64,000 nt of DNA from an uncultured Nitrospinota bacterium (GCA_963707985.1 CAVPRW010000015.1:64001-128000); one strand, 5' to 3'. Counted from the first letter of the stretch, positions 52,565 through 63,084 are shown. Program-made: numbers and translations. Notes: a model not told the origin generated them from the sequence alone.

Positions 52565-52793
52565 GATACAAATGTGTAAAATGTTTGTCACTGAAGCGAT
52601 GCTTCAGGTGAGCTCAGGGTCATTAACCTCGGGTGTGGCGGAGGGAGCCATCCAGGTGAGGAGGGTTGACTCGGCGACGACCGGCAGTAGAACTTCCTAT
52701 GTTGCGCGTTGCAGGAAGGTTCCCTGAGAACTGGTCACCCTCCTGCAGCGTCCACAAGGGCTGGGTCGGTCCACACTGAAACCGTCCAAAACT

Positions 52794-53661
52794 CTATTCT
52801 GGCGATGGCGGCCCATTCAACAACCGAAACATGGCCGCATCCCCCGGCAACACCAGTAACGTCTCCGGTGTCAGAATATCGTCGTAGGCTTCCAAGGTGC
52901 GTACGAACCCATAAAAGCGTGGGTTCTGCTCGTAGGCCCCGGCATACACCGCAGTGGCCGCCCCGTCGCCCTCGCCTTGAAGGCGTTGACTCCGTTCATA
53001 GGCCTGGGCAAGGATGATCTCCCGCTGCTTATTCGTTTCCGCTCTTAGTTTGGCCGCTTCCTCCTCGCCTTCCGACCGGTAGCGCTTGGCAATGCGTTCG
53101 CGTTCGGCCACCATACGGGCAAAGACACTCTGCTGCACTTCGCGGGGCAGGTCGGCACGTTTGATCCGGACATCGATCAGCTCGATACCGAAGGCTTGCG
53201 TACGCACCCGTGCCGCGTTGGCCACGGCTTCCATGGTGGGTTCCCGCTGCTCCGAGGTCACCGGTGCAAAGTCCTGGGAAGAAATGGCTTGGCGTAATTC
53301 GGAGAACACGATATCTTCGATCCGAGCCCTGGCCCCGTCCAACGTCGCTACGCTGATAAAGAACGCCAGAGGATCTTTGATCTGCCAGCGCGCGACATAA
53401 TCGACGACGAGACGCTTCTTATCAAGGGTGAGATACTCCGCAGGGGCGGCATCCGTGGCCAGAACGCGTTTATCGAAGCGGTGCACCGTCTGCACGAAAG
53501 GGAAGCTTGGCGTGCAAACCGGGGTCGGTGATGGTCCGGATATAGGCGCCGAACTGGGTGATGATCGCCTGCTCACGCTCATCGATGCTGAACAAAGCCT
53601 GTGGCACTAGCACCCACAGGGCAGCAAACAGCACCAGGATTCCAATCACCATCTGCTTCAT
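52794..53661 (-). CDS. hflC: FtsH modulator HflC (apparent frameshift near 53498)
   Basis: AIITQFG...PGLHAKLPF / VQTVHRFDKR; DVRIKRADLP; RMVAERER. Confidence 0.9.
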
Positions 53662-54755
53662 CGGACGGCCCTCCCTGGCCTAGGATCGCTTTGGGCGGAC
53701 GGCACTGTTTCTGCGGTGCCGTGTTTGCCATCCGGGCTCGGAGGGGCTAACACACGTGGGGCTTGATCGCGCAGGGGCAGGAACGGCAAGACGCCTCCCT
53801 CCAGTTGTGGACTGATAATGATCTTCTGGGCCTTGGGAAGCACCCGCTGCAAAGTTTCCAGATACAGCCGCTGCTCGGTCACCTCTTGGGCGCGTTCGTA
53901 CTCCTTGAGGATGGAGACGAACTTGGCGGCGTCCCCCTCCGCTCGGATCACCCGCTGGGCCTTGTAGGCTTCAGCCGCCCGCACCATCTGCTCGCCCTGT
54001 CCGCGTGCCTTCGGAATGACATCTTCCTGATAGCCCATGGCTTCGTTGATCAGGCGTTCACGATCTTCGCGGGCACGCACCACCTCATGGAAGGCATCCT
54101 TAACCTGTTCTGGAGGATCGACCACTTGGAGTTTCAATTCGGTGACGACCAACCCGGATTGATAGGTATCTAGAAGCTGCTGTAGAAAGTCGCGCGAGCT
54201 GTCCTGGATACGGACCCGCCCCACCGTCATGGCCTCGTCGATGGTCGTGCGCCCAACGATGCTGCGCAAGGCCACCTCGGTCGAATCCCGCAGAGATTGA
54301 TCAGGGTCTCGGACTCGGAAGAGGTATTGGCCAGGGTCCTTGACGCGATACTGCACGATAGCCTGCGCGTCGACGATGTTTTCATCGCCGGTCAGCATGA
54401 GCGCTTCCTGCGGGATAACACGGTAGCGTGGCTCACTGCGGAAGCCGACTTCTACACGCCGCACAACTGCGAGGTTGACCACCTCGACGCGCTCCAATGG
54501 ATACGGCAAACGGTACCGCAAGCCAGGCCCGGTGCGTGCGACCTCTTTGCCAAACCGGCGCACGACCCCCTGCTCGCCGGGGCCCACCATGTAGAAACCA
54601 GTGGCGAGCCATATCAGCAAGGCGATCAGGCCAACAGTCCCAATCACCATGAAAGGGGCCTTTGGTGATCGCTGCTGCCAGTTCTGCCAGCGTTCCGCGA
54701 GCTGGCCTAAAACTTCGTCTCCCTCGAACTCTCCGGGGAATGGGCGCCTTTGCAG
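53658..54755 (-). CDS. hflK: FtsH modulator HflK (start uncertain: CTG 54755 or ATG 54650)
   Basis: GVVRRFG, MLTGDENIV, DPPEQVKDAF, PKARG and RLYLET motifs. Confidence 0.9.
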   Translation of the reverse strand: MQRRPFPGEFEGDEVLGQLAERWQNWQQRSPKAPFMVIGTVGLIALLIWLATGFYMVGPGEQGVVRRFGKEVARTGPGLRYRLPYPLERVEVVNLAVVRRVEVGFRSEPRYRVIPQEALMLTGDENIVDAQAIVQYRVKDPGQYLFRVRDPDQSLRDSTEVALRSIVGRTTIDEAMTVGRVRIQDSSRDFLQQLLDTYQSGLVVTELKLQVVDPPEQVKDAFHEVVRAREDRERLINEAMGYQEDVIPKARGQGEQMVRAAEAYKAQRVIRAEGDAAKFVSILKEYERAQEVTEQRLYLETLQRVLPKAQKIIISPQLEGGVLPFLPLRDQAPRVLAPPSPDGKHGTAETVPSAQSDPRPGRAVR

Positions 54756-54853
54756 AGACGTTCCCTCCTCTCGCGATTGGGGGATGTTACGATTCGTATA
54801 AGTTAGACACCCAACTGAACCAGGGGCACGCTGGACTGGTCAGGCGTGCTCGA

Positions 54854-55982
54854 CTACAAGTTCAACTCCAACTTCATCTGCAAAAAACGCGACAAGCCGG
54901 TCTTGGTCACTAACCCGAGCATGCGTCCGCGCTGCATCACGAGCAAGCGCCCGATCGCCTCCTCGGCCATGCGCTGGAAAGCCACCGAAATATCCTCTTC
55001 GGGGACAATGGTCAGGCGCTCCGTCAGAGGGACCATCACCTCACGCACCGGCACACGGTCGTAATCCTCTGGTGCGACCCGCTTGACGTCGCCAAGCGCG
55101 ACCAGTCCCATGACCTGGCCGTTTTCCACCACCGGGAATCCGCCATAGCCATGGGTGAGGAAATAGCCGTCGATCAAGTCGCGGACGCTCAGATTTGGTG
55201 GCACCGTCACCACGTCTTTCACCATCATGTCGCGAACAGGGATCACCCGCCAAGGCTTCTTTTAACATAACCTGTGTATAGCTCGCCTGGGCACCCTGGA
55301 GGAGGAAAAACCCGATGAGCGCCATCCAGATCCCCTGGAAACCCGCCCCCGCAAATAACGACACCGCCCCAAGAGTGATGAGTATATAGGCAAAGACAAT
55401 GCCTACACGGGTCGCCAGGTAGGTGGCCTTCTTGAGATTCTTGGTCATGCCCCAGAGGATCGACCGAAGTACCCGGCCGCCGTCGAGGGGGAAGGCTGGT
55501 AACAGGTTGAAGACAGCCACCACCATGTTGAGACCAGCGAGGTATAATGCAATGGCTGCGAATGAAGGGTCTGGGCCTTCACGCGCCAGCGCTCGCCATA
55601 CTAACCAGAAAAACCCAGCCAGTACAAGGCTGGCTATGGGGCCCACGATGGCGATCAAGAATTCGGCGCTGGGGCTAGGGGGTTCCTGTTTCATCTCAGA
55701 CACGCCCCCCAGGGCAAATAGGGTGATCCCGGCGATGGGCACCCGGAGATTCTGTGCCATCAGTGCGTGCATGAGTTCATGCAGCAGTATGGAGGCAAAG
55801 AGAAACAGGGCCGCGAGGATGGCTTTGATCCAGTAGGCGGAAATCGGCAGGTCTGGATAGTGTTGCGGGAAATACCCACTGGCTAGACTCCAGCTTAAGA
55901 GCCCGAAAATGATCAGCCAGGTGAAGTGGATGCGGATCGGGATCCCACGGATGGCTCCAAGCACTAGTGAGCCACGTACCAT
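54854..55982 (-). CDS. Site-2 protease (M50) with a CBS pair (apparent frameshift near 55245)
   Basis: HELMH and FNLLPAFPLDGGR motifs; CBS domains in the adjacent frame. Confidence 0.88.
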
Positions 55983-56103
55983 CCTTCCACTCCTTCCCTT
56001 GCAGAGCCGTCGCGTCCCTCCAGCCCTTGCGCATGGTGGCCACACGACCCCTGTGTAGCGGACAACCAACGACACTGACATAGGCCGATGCGGGGGGATA
56101 GGA

Positions 56104-56404
56104 CTACACGGGAGTAAACCAGCGTCCGATGCGCCACCCCCCTCTGCGGTGTAACTGTCGCCGCAAGCGAGCGGGGTCGACTCGGTATTTGAAGAGCTTG
56201 CGATTGTCGAGATAGCCGACGGGAATCTCTAGATGGAACGCATCGTACAAGGTGGGGTCTGTTGTGATATCGATCTCGTCAAGCTCGAAAACGCAGCTCG
56301 GCCTGCAACGCTATGAGCGTAGCTTTGGCCGCATGGCAAAGCTCGCAATCGGTCTTGGTGTATAGTGTGATACGAGGCGCCGGTCCCCGTTCTCCACTCG
56401 TCAT
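56104..56404 (-). CDS. Glutaredoxin-like (DUF836) protein (apparent frameshift near 56290)
   Basis: TLYTKTDCELCH, then a frame switch at a TTTT run to FELDEIDITTDPTLYDAFHLEIPV...FKYRVD. Confidence 0.78.
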
Positions 56405-56554
56405 CGTGGCTCCAGATGCATCTGAGTCGAACCATTCATTCCACACCGGATCATACGTCGCAACCAAGCTTTTTCAAATTTTCCTACGGAGTATGTATCA
56501 TGGTAGCCTGGCAAAGTAAAGGCAAATCGAGCGCTTGCGGCACCTGGGACAACG

Positions 56555-57742
56555 TCACTGATAGTGGCTCAGTTTGGACCCTTGATAGTAGTGGGTAAGA
56601 ATGGCCTCATAATCGTAGCCCAGCGCTGCCATCTCTTGGCTGCACCACTGGCATAAGCCCACGCCATGTCCCCACCCTTGGCCGCTAAAAAAGGCGCGCC
56701 CATCGCGGATTTGCACCGTAAACCGTGTGCTACGAATGATCTCTGGCCCCAGCGCCAGGCGAAAATCGGTGCCACGCATAATGACCTCCCCTGACTTGTG
56801 ACCAATTTTCAAGCGCGTGATGCGGCCGGTGGCACTCCGTTCGATGGGTTCTAAAAAGCGGATCGCCCCTATAGCATAACCCTGCCGTACGAGTGCGGCT
56901 CGAATATCCTGCAGGGATGGCGAGGCTGACCACTGGAGGTAAGGGGATGCGGGGTGTATCGGCGCTTTCACGGCGCGCAGACAGGGGTGGGGTGAGGACC
57001 AGACCTGTTCGCTGTTTTCGGTGTAGCCGGCCGATTCGGCGTGGTAATACGCCGGAATTAATGCCCCCTGGCAGGTGAGCACGAGGCCCGCCGTATCGTT
57101 GACCGCTTGTGTGGTCCTGGCGTGTTCGGCGCTATACCCATCATAATGCTGATCGCGGATATACTGCGCCGCGACATCGTAGTCACGATTGGTCTGGCGT
57201 GTGCTCTTATACAGAGCATAGGTACGCGCAACGATGGCTTGTGCCCGCAGTGCGGCCATCTCCCATTGGCTGGGGGCCTCCTTCGGCACGACGCCGTAGA
57301 GGTACGCCTCAAGGTCAAGCGTATTGACCACCATCAGCCCTGACGTACGCCATTTTACCTCAAGGCTACCACGGTATGGCTTGCTGCCCGCATAGATGAC
57401 TGCATCCTTCGTACGAGGCACGAGGTGGACCTCATCGACCTCGATACCCGCCTCAGGGATGCGGATATTTCTAGTGTTGGCCTGCGCCTGGAATGTCCGC
57501 CAATGGTTGGCCTCAGACGGTAACAAGCCTGCCGGCTGTGTGAGAACCGTATAATCAGCGGGTATGGAAAGGGAGAAGGTGGGCAGATTCTGCCACAACA
57601 GCACACGGATCGGTGCTGCTCCAACCGGCACAGGGATTGACAAGATCAACCAAGCGAGACCAACGATACACGATCGACCAACACTGGAGCGGGCACTATG
57701 GGATAGAATCAGATTGGTCCACGCGCGCGTGCGAGTCCGCAT
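56555..57742 (-). CDS. SpoIID/LytB-domain protein
   Basis: YLYGVVPKE, ALRAQAIVARTYA and GWGHGVGLCQW motifs; start uncertain. Confidence 0.88.
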   Translation of the reverse strand: MRTRTRAWTNLILSHSARSSVGRSCIVGLAWLILSIPVPVGAAPIRVLLWQNLPTFSLSIPADYTVLTQPAGLLPSEANHWRTFQAQANTRNIRIPEAGIEVDEVHLVPRTKDAVIYAGSKPYRGSLEVKWRTSGLMVVNTLDLEAYLYGVVPKEAPSQWEMAALRAQAIVARTYALYKSTRQTNRDYDVAAQYIRDQHYDGYSAEHARTTQAVNDTAGLVLTCQGALIPAYYHAESAGYTENSEQVWSSPHPCLRAVKAPIHPASPYLQWSASPSLQDIRAALVRQGYAIGAIRFLEPIERSATGRITRLKIGHKSGEVIMRGTDFRLALGPEIIRSTRFTVQIRDGRAFFSGQGWGHGVGLCQWCSQEMAALGYDYEAILTHYYQGSKLSHYQ

Positions 57743-58001
57743 CTTGTTCCTCTAATGTCCTGGACTCCTGGATAAGCTGTTGGTACAACCGCGAAATGGA
57801 GGTCGGCGACAATGGCCCTGGATTCTCCTCCTGGACGCGCGTGATGATCTGTTCTTCACGGCTGGGGACGTATATCGGCAGTCCCAGGTCCTTTTTCATT
57901 CGACCAATTTCCAGGGCAAGCTTGGCGCGCTCGTTGAAGAGCCTCAATAGTTCGTCGTCGATCGCGTCCATCCGTTCGCGTAGGTTGTCAATGTCATCCA
58001 T
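57696..58001 (-). CDS. Monofunctional chorismate mutase (AroQ type)
   Basis: IDNLRERMDAIDDELLRLFNER...IGRMK...REEQII; SD GAAGGAG upstream of ATG 58001. Confidence 0.87.
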   Translation of the reverse strand: MDDIDNLRERMDAIDDELLRLFNERAKLALEIGRMKKDLGLPIYVPSREEQIITRVQEENPGPLSPTSISRLYQQLIQESRTLEEQDADSHARVDQSDSIP

Positions 58002-58346
58002 GAGGGTCCGTACTCCTTCTACCTGCATCTGACCCGCTCCAATGAGACGGGTCCGCAAGCACCTACTCGCTCCTGATACGGCGGCAAATACGTAGCATAC
58101 ATACGGCCCAGATGTCAAGCTGAGACGCGTTCTAGACTGGTGTGACAACGGCTGCGAGTTGATGGCCTCCTTGGCGGGGGAGCCAGGTGCATATGAGCCC
58201 TGAGGCAATCCCAGACCCATACGGCGTGCTTCTCGGCGTAGGATCGGCTTATGGTATAGTACGTGGGAAATGTGCACAGGTAAGTGGAAATGGATGAGAG
58301 CAGGCGGGCCCCGGTAGCAAGTGCGCTCAGAGCAGGAGAAACAGCG

Positions 58347-58793
58347 ATGGGCCAAAGTCAGAAAGCGGTGCGGCAGCAAGGCAGTGCCCGGCGGCAGAGT
58401 CGCATGCGCCGGCGTATCACCCTGCTCATTGCCGTTCCCGTGGTGATTGCCGCTATCGTAGCCGTCGTCGCACTGACCAGCCAACCAGGGTATAGTAACC
58501 TCGACGTCCTCGGCAAGCAACCGGCGATCGTGCAGGTATTTTTGCCGGGCTGACCGAACTGTGCTCAGCTCAAGCGCATCGTCGATGCGCTCCGCCCCGA
58601 ATTTCGTGGACAAGTCGCTTTTGTCCTGGCAGACCTCAATACCCCTGAGGGGCTGGCATTTGCCAACCGCCATGGGGTGGGCAATACCACTTTAGTGTTG
58701 TTCGATGGGGATGGGAAGCGCCTCGAGACACTAGCCGGTATCCAGGAGGAGCGGGCTTTGCGTGAACGTATACGGGCCAACTTTGGGCTGTGA
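58347..58793 (+). CDS. Membrane-anchored thioredoxin-like selenoprotein with a U69-P-N-C motif (TGA at 58551-58553)
   Basis: SD AGGAG; Arg-rich N-terminus plus TM helix; GKQPAIVQVFLPG-U-PNCAQL; open frame for 79 more codons with Trx-like TLVLFDGDGKRLETLAG. Confidence 0.85.
58573..58591 (+). promoter_or_regulatory. SECIS-like stem-loop of the thioredoxin gene
   Basis: AGCGCATC-GTC-GATGCGCT, a perfect 8-bp stem 19 nt after the UGA. Confidence 0.65.
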
Positions 58794-59005
58794 TCGCTGA
58801 GAGGGATACACGACGGGCAGCGTGAACGTGGGTGGGCACGGGTCAGATTGTGGGCCAGCAGGAGCGGTGGCGGCCTGGCATGACCCTTGATCTCCCTGGT
58901 CGATTCTGCTATGATGGCGCTGTTCTGGCTGTAGGCACTCTTGGGCTGGGCTCCCATGTTCGTATCGCTTGCCTCATCAGCCTGCATGTAACGCAGGTCC
59001 TATGG

Positions 59006-60106
59006 ATGAAACGATCGACGGATCTCTCCGAACACATTCTAGCCTCGCTCAGCGATGGCGTCGTCATTCTGGATCCTGCCTGTCGGGTGTTGCTGTTCAA
59101 TCCAGCCATCGAAGAGATGACGGGGACCTCGTCGCGCCGCGCCATGGGCGCGGACTTAGCCACGCTGCTGCCAAAGGAATCCCCAATCCCGGCACGCGTC
59201 ATCGCCACCCTGAAAACCGGACATCCCTTTTTCATCCCGGACGCCGAGTGGTTGCGCTGGGATGGTGAACCGCTGCCGACGAGCCTGACGATCTCGGCAA
59301 TTCTTGATAAGATGGGAGAGACCCTGGGGGCGGCCCTGGTGGTCAGAGACCTGCGACGGTTTAAAGCGTTACAGGAGAGTCAGCGTCCAGCGGAGCGGCT
59401 GACAGCATTCGGCATTTTGGCCGCGGCTATGGCCCACGAGATCAAAAACCCCTTACTCGGCATTCGGGGCGCGGCACAGCTCCTGCGTGAAGAATTGACC
59501 ACGGATGAGGCGCGCGAATATACCGATGTCATCATTCGTGAAGCCGATCGTTTGAACGTCTTAATGGAGGAGATGCTCGATTTTGCCAGGCCCCATCCCC
59601 TCACACGGACGCAGGTCAATGTGCACGAAGTCCTCGACAGCGTCATTGCCCTGGAACGACCGGCATGTACCGTGCGTGGCGTGCAGATTCGGCAGCGCTA
59701 CGATCCGAGCTTGCCTGATCTCTGGGCTGACCGTAATCATCTGACGCAGACTTTTTTGAATCTCATCCGCAACGCCTGGGAGGCAATGCCTCACGGGGGC
59801 TCTTTGACGCTAACGACGAGCCGATCAAGTGAACCAATCCGTCTTGGACCGGGTGGCGGGCCGATGCTCGTGGTGGAGCTCGCCGATGAGGGCGTGGGAA
59901 TTCCGCCGGAGGTCCAACGTAAGCTGTTTACACCATTCTTTACGACAAAAGCCAAAGGCTCGGGCCTGGGGCTCGCGATTGCGCATCGGATTATCGAAGA
60001 ACATGGTGGACGCTTCATCATCAAGAGTCTCCCGGGTCAGGGGACCACCGTACGGATCTATCTTCCGGTCAACCCTGGAACGTCAGAGGGGCCGTTGGGA
60101 GGATGA
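59006..60106 (+). CDS. ntrB: NtrB-like PAS sensor histidine kinase
   Basis: AHEIKNPLLGIRGAAQLL, YDPSLP, NLIRNA, PFFTTK and GSGLGL motifs. Confidence 0.8.
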   Translation: MKRSTDLSEHILASLSDGVVILDPACRVLLFNPAIEEMTGTSSRRAMGADLATLLPKESPIPARVIATLKTGHPFFIPDAEWLRWDGEPLPTSLTISAILDKMGETLGAALVVRDLRRFKALQESQRPAERLTAFGILAAAMAHEIKNPLLGIRGAAQLLREELTTDEAREYTDVIIREADRLNVLMEEMLDFARPHPLTRTQVNVHEVLDSVIALERPACTVRGVQIRQRYDPSLPDLWADRNHLTQTFLNLIRNAWEAMPHGGSLTLTTSRSSEPIRLGPGGGPMLVVELADEGVGIPPEVQRKLFTPFFTTKAKGSGLGLAIAHRIIEEHGGRFIIKSLPGQGTTVRIYLPVNPGTSEGPLGG

Positions 60107-60112
60107 GCCGGT

Positions 60113-61588
60113 ATGGCGGACGAACGCATGTTAGTGGTGGATGACGAAGAGAGCATCCGCTGGGTTTTGAGCCGTGGACTAGTGCGACGGGGATGGAAGG
60201 TCGACAGTGCGGAAAACGCCCACCTCGCCCTCCGCCAACTTGCTGAGCGGAGCTACGCACTGGTCTTTCTTGACATTCGTCTCCCCGACATGGACGGTCT
60301 TAGCCTCCTAGAGCAAATCCGCACGTTTCCCAATCCTCCCATGGTCGTGATCATGACCGCGCAAGGCACCGTTGACACGGCGATCAATGCCATGAAGAAG
60401 GGGGCCTACGAGTATATCATCAAGCCATTCGACCTAGAGGACGTGGTCAGCCTGGCGCATCAGGCATTGCGCGCCCGTGCCGCGGCGGCGGATGTGGCGA
60501 TGCCAGTGCCCTTCGACCTGCGCGATAGCCTCCACGCCAGTGGCATCATCGGCCGCACGGAGCAGATGCAACAAGTGTATAAGATGATTGGCATGGTGGC
60601 AGACCGCGACGTCACTGTCCTGATCGAGGGCGAGAGCGGCACCGGCAAGGAGTTGATTGCTCGTGCCATCCATCGCCATAGTAAGCGCGCCAAGCGGCCG
60701 TTTGTGACCGTCAACTGCGCTGCCATCCCACATGAACTTCTCGAAAGTGAACTTTTTGGGCATGAGAAGGGGTCATTTACTGGGGCCACGGCCACCACCA
60801 TCGGTAAGTTTCAGCAAGCCGACGGCGGCACGATGTTTCTGGACGAAGTTGGGGACATGGATCTCAACCTTCAGGCCAAGCTGCTCCGTGTCCTCCAGGA
60901 AAAGGAATTTTACCGCGTCGGCGGCCGTGACTCCATTCGTGTTGATGTCCGCATTATCGCCGCCACCCATCAGAATCTGGAACTAGCGGTCACCCAGAAG
61001 CGCTTTCGTGAGGACCTCTACTACCGGCTGAACGTGGTTCCCCTGTATATTCCGCCATTGCGCGAACGGCGTGAGGACATTCCTCTCTTAATCGATTACT
61101 TCTTGCAGCGCTTCGAGTCCGAGCTCGGCACTGGGCGGAAATACCTGTCGAATGAGGCACGTGAGATTTTGCTGTCCTATCATTGGGGAGGGAATATTCG
61201 CGAGTTGGAAAACGTGATGAAGCGCGCTATGGTGCTCACCACGAGCAGCATGATCCTACCGCAACATCTTCCTGAATCTCTCCACAGCGGCCCTAAAGAA
61301 GTGGACGATGCCGACATTCTACGCCGGCTGGTGGAGCGCAAGGCCCGCGCGCTGTTCCTGAATGCCCAATCGGCGGGGAGCGGTGAGATCTATCATATCA
61401 TCCTCAGTGAGATCGAACGCTTCTTACTGCAGGTGATTCTGGACGAAACCGATGGCAATCAATTGCGCACTGCGGACCTGCTGGGCATTAACCGCAATAC
61501 CCTCCGCAAGAAGATCCGCACGCTTGGCGTCGAGGTCCGGCGGTCTTCCAAAGCTGATTCCGCGACCGAGGTCTCATTGCATCACTAA
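60113..61588 (+). CDS. ntrC: NtrC-like sigma54-dependent response regulator
   Basis: Receiver domain; GESGTGKE; ESELFGHEKGSFTGA; FREDLYYRLNV; HTH LGINRNTLRKKI. Confidence 0.85.
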   Translation: MADERMLVVDDEESIRWVLSRGLVRRGWKVDSAENAHLALRQLAERSYALVFLDIRLPDMDGLSLLEQIRTFPNPPMVVIMTAQGTVDTAINAMKKGAYEYIIKPFDLEDVVSLAHQALRARAAAADVAMPVPFDLRDSLHASGIIGRTEQMQQVYKMIGMVADRDVTVLIEGESGTGKELIARAIHRHSKRAKRPFVTVNCAAIPHELLESELFGHEKGSFTGATATTIGKFQQADGGTMFLDEVGDMDLNLQAKLLRVLQEKEFYRVGGRDSIRVDVRIIAATHQNLELAVTQKRFREDLYYRLNVVPLYIPPLRERREDIPLLIDYFLQRFESELGTGRKYLSNEAREILLSYHWGGNIRELENVMKRAMVLTTSSMILPQHLPESLHSGPKEVDDADILRRLVERKARALFLNAQSAGSGEIYHIILSEIERFLLQVILDETDGNQLRTADLLGINRNTLRKKIRTLGVEVRRSSKADSATEVSLHH

Positions 61589-61677
61589 TGGCAGGAGAAA
61601 GGGTCCGCCGCTGTGCCCATGACCCTGATGACTAGCTGCGATGAGCGCGGTGGACAGTTTTATCCACAATCAAGGAG

Positions 61678-63084
61678 ATGGCCATGAGTTCATTGGCAGC
61701 CGTCGTTCTGGCAGCGGGTAAAGGCACGCGTATGCGCTGCAAAACACCCAAGGTGATCCAACCGGTGGCCGGGCGACCTATGATCATGTATACGCTGGAG
61801 TTGGCAAGAACCCTCCAAGCCTCCCCGGCCGTGGTCGTGGTGGGACATCAGGCAGAGTCGATCACGCAAACGCTGCCTGCCATCGGCTGGCACGCAGTCG
61901 TCCAATTGGAGCAACTCGGGACGGGGCACGCGATGCGGCAGACCGAGGAGATCTTGAAAGATTTCCCCGGTGATGTGCTCGTCTTGCACGCCGATGTGCC
62001 GTTGTTGTGCGCCGAAACGCTGCAGCGACTGGTGGACGTGCACCGCCGCTCTGGTGCGGTGGCGACGCTGCTGACCGCGCAGATGGAGCAGCCAGGCCGC
62101 TTGGGACGGGTGGTTCGTGAGGCGAATGGGCAGGTGGCACGCATCGTCGAGGCGCTTGATGCCAGCGAGGCGGAACGTGCCATTCGCGAGATCAACACAG
62201 GCATCTATTGCTTCCAGGCGGGCTTTATCTACCCTGCCTTACATGACCTCACCTCCGACAACGTCAAAGGGGAATATTATCTAACCGACGTCATCGGCGC
62301 CGCTTGCCGGTCGGGACTCCAGGTCCAGGCGGTGCCATGTGACGATTGGCGTGAAGCCATCGGGGTGGATTCCAAAGCTGACCTAGCACGGGCTGAAGCG
62401 GTCCTCCGACAACAGGTAATCGAGCGCCTGATGGCAAGTGGCGTGACCATCATCGACCCATACACCACCTACGTGCATCCCGAGGTCCAGATCGGCTGCG
62501 ATACGGTGCTGCACCCCAATACGCATATCCTCGGCCAGACGGTCATCGGCGAAGACTGTGAGATCTGGCCCAATACCGTCATTCGCGACAGCACCCTGGA
62601 GGAAGGTGTAACCATCTTTCCTTCCTGTGTCATCACCAGTAGCACGATCGCTGCCGGCACGCAGGTGGGCCCCTTCGCCCATTTACGGCCGGAATCGGTG
62701 TTGGGCAAGCGGGTGCGGGTCGGCAATTTTGTTGAAGTGAAGAAATCCATCATTGGCGATGAGTCCAAGGCCGCACACCTGAGCTATATCGGCGATGTCG
62801 TCATGGGGAAGGACGTCAATGTGGGGGCGGGGTTCATCGCTTGTAACTATGACGGCGAGAAGAAAACCGAGATTGTTATCGAGGACGGCGTGTTCATCGG
62901 CAGCGATAGCCAGATCATCGCGCCGTTACGAATCGGGCGTGGAGCGTACATCGCTACTGGCACCACGGTGCGCCAGGAGGTGCCCCCCGACGCGCTGGTC
63001 TTCAACACCAAGGACCAGGTGCATCGCGAGGGCTGGGCCTTAGGACGCAAGCCTAAAGCGCATGGCGCCAAAGACGAGTCGTAG
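61678..63084 (+). CDS. glmU: Bifunctional UDP-GlcNAc pyrophosphorylase / GlcN-1-P acetyltransferase
   Basis: LAAGKGTRM, QLGTGHA, EYYLTD, GPFAHLRP, GNFVEVK, HLSYIGD and NYDG motifs. Confidence 0.96.
   Translation: MAMSSLAAVVLAAGKGTRMRCKTPKVIQPVAGRPMIMYTLELARTLQASPAVVVVGHQAESITQTLPAIGWHAVVQLEQLGTGHAMRQTEEILKDFPGDVLVLHADVPLLCAETLQRLVDVHRRSGAVATLLTAQMEQPGRLGRVVREANGQVARIVEALDASEAERAIREINTGIYCFQAGFIYPALHDLTSDNVKGEYYLTDVIGAACRSGLQVQAVPCDDWREAIGVDSKADLARAEAVLRQQVIERLMASGVTIIDPYTTYVHPEVQIGCDTVLHPNTHILGQTVIGEDCEIWPNTVIRDSTLEEGVTIFPSCVITSSTIAAGTQVGPFAHLRPESVLGKRVRVGNFVEVKKSIIGDESKAAHLSYIGDVVMGKDVNVGAGFIACNYDGEKKTEIVIEDGVFIGSDSQIIAPLRIGRGAYIATGTTVRQEVPPDALVFNTKDQVHREGWALGRKPKAHGAKDES

Noticed and set aside
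52706..52751. TPP riboswitch suggested by CTGAGA inside a hairpin
   Set aside because: The other TPP motifs are absent and it is on the strand opposite speA/hflC; probably just an intergenic hairpin.
56279..56281. TGA ending the glutaredoxin ORF as a possible Sec codon
   Set aside because: The CELC motif is intact upstream and the domain continues in a different frame after a TTTT run, so this is a frameshift rather than recoding.
58002..58673. 325-aa ORF extending the chorismate mutase
   Set aside because: The extension is antisense to the Sec-thioredoxin and has no protein-like motifs; the mutase has its own SD at 58001.
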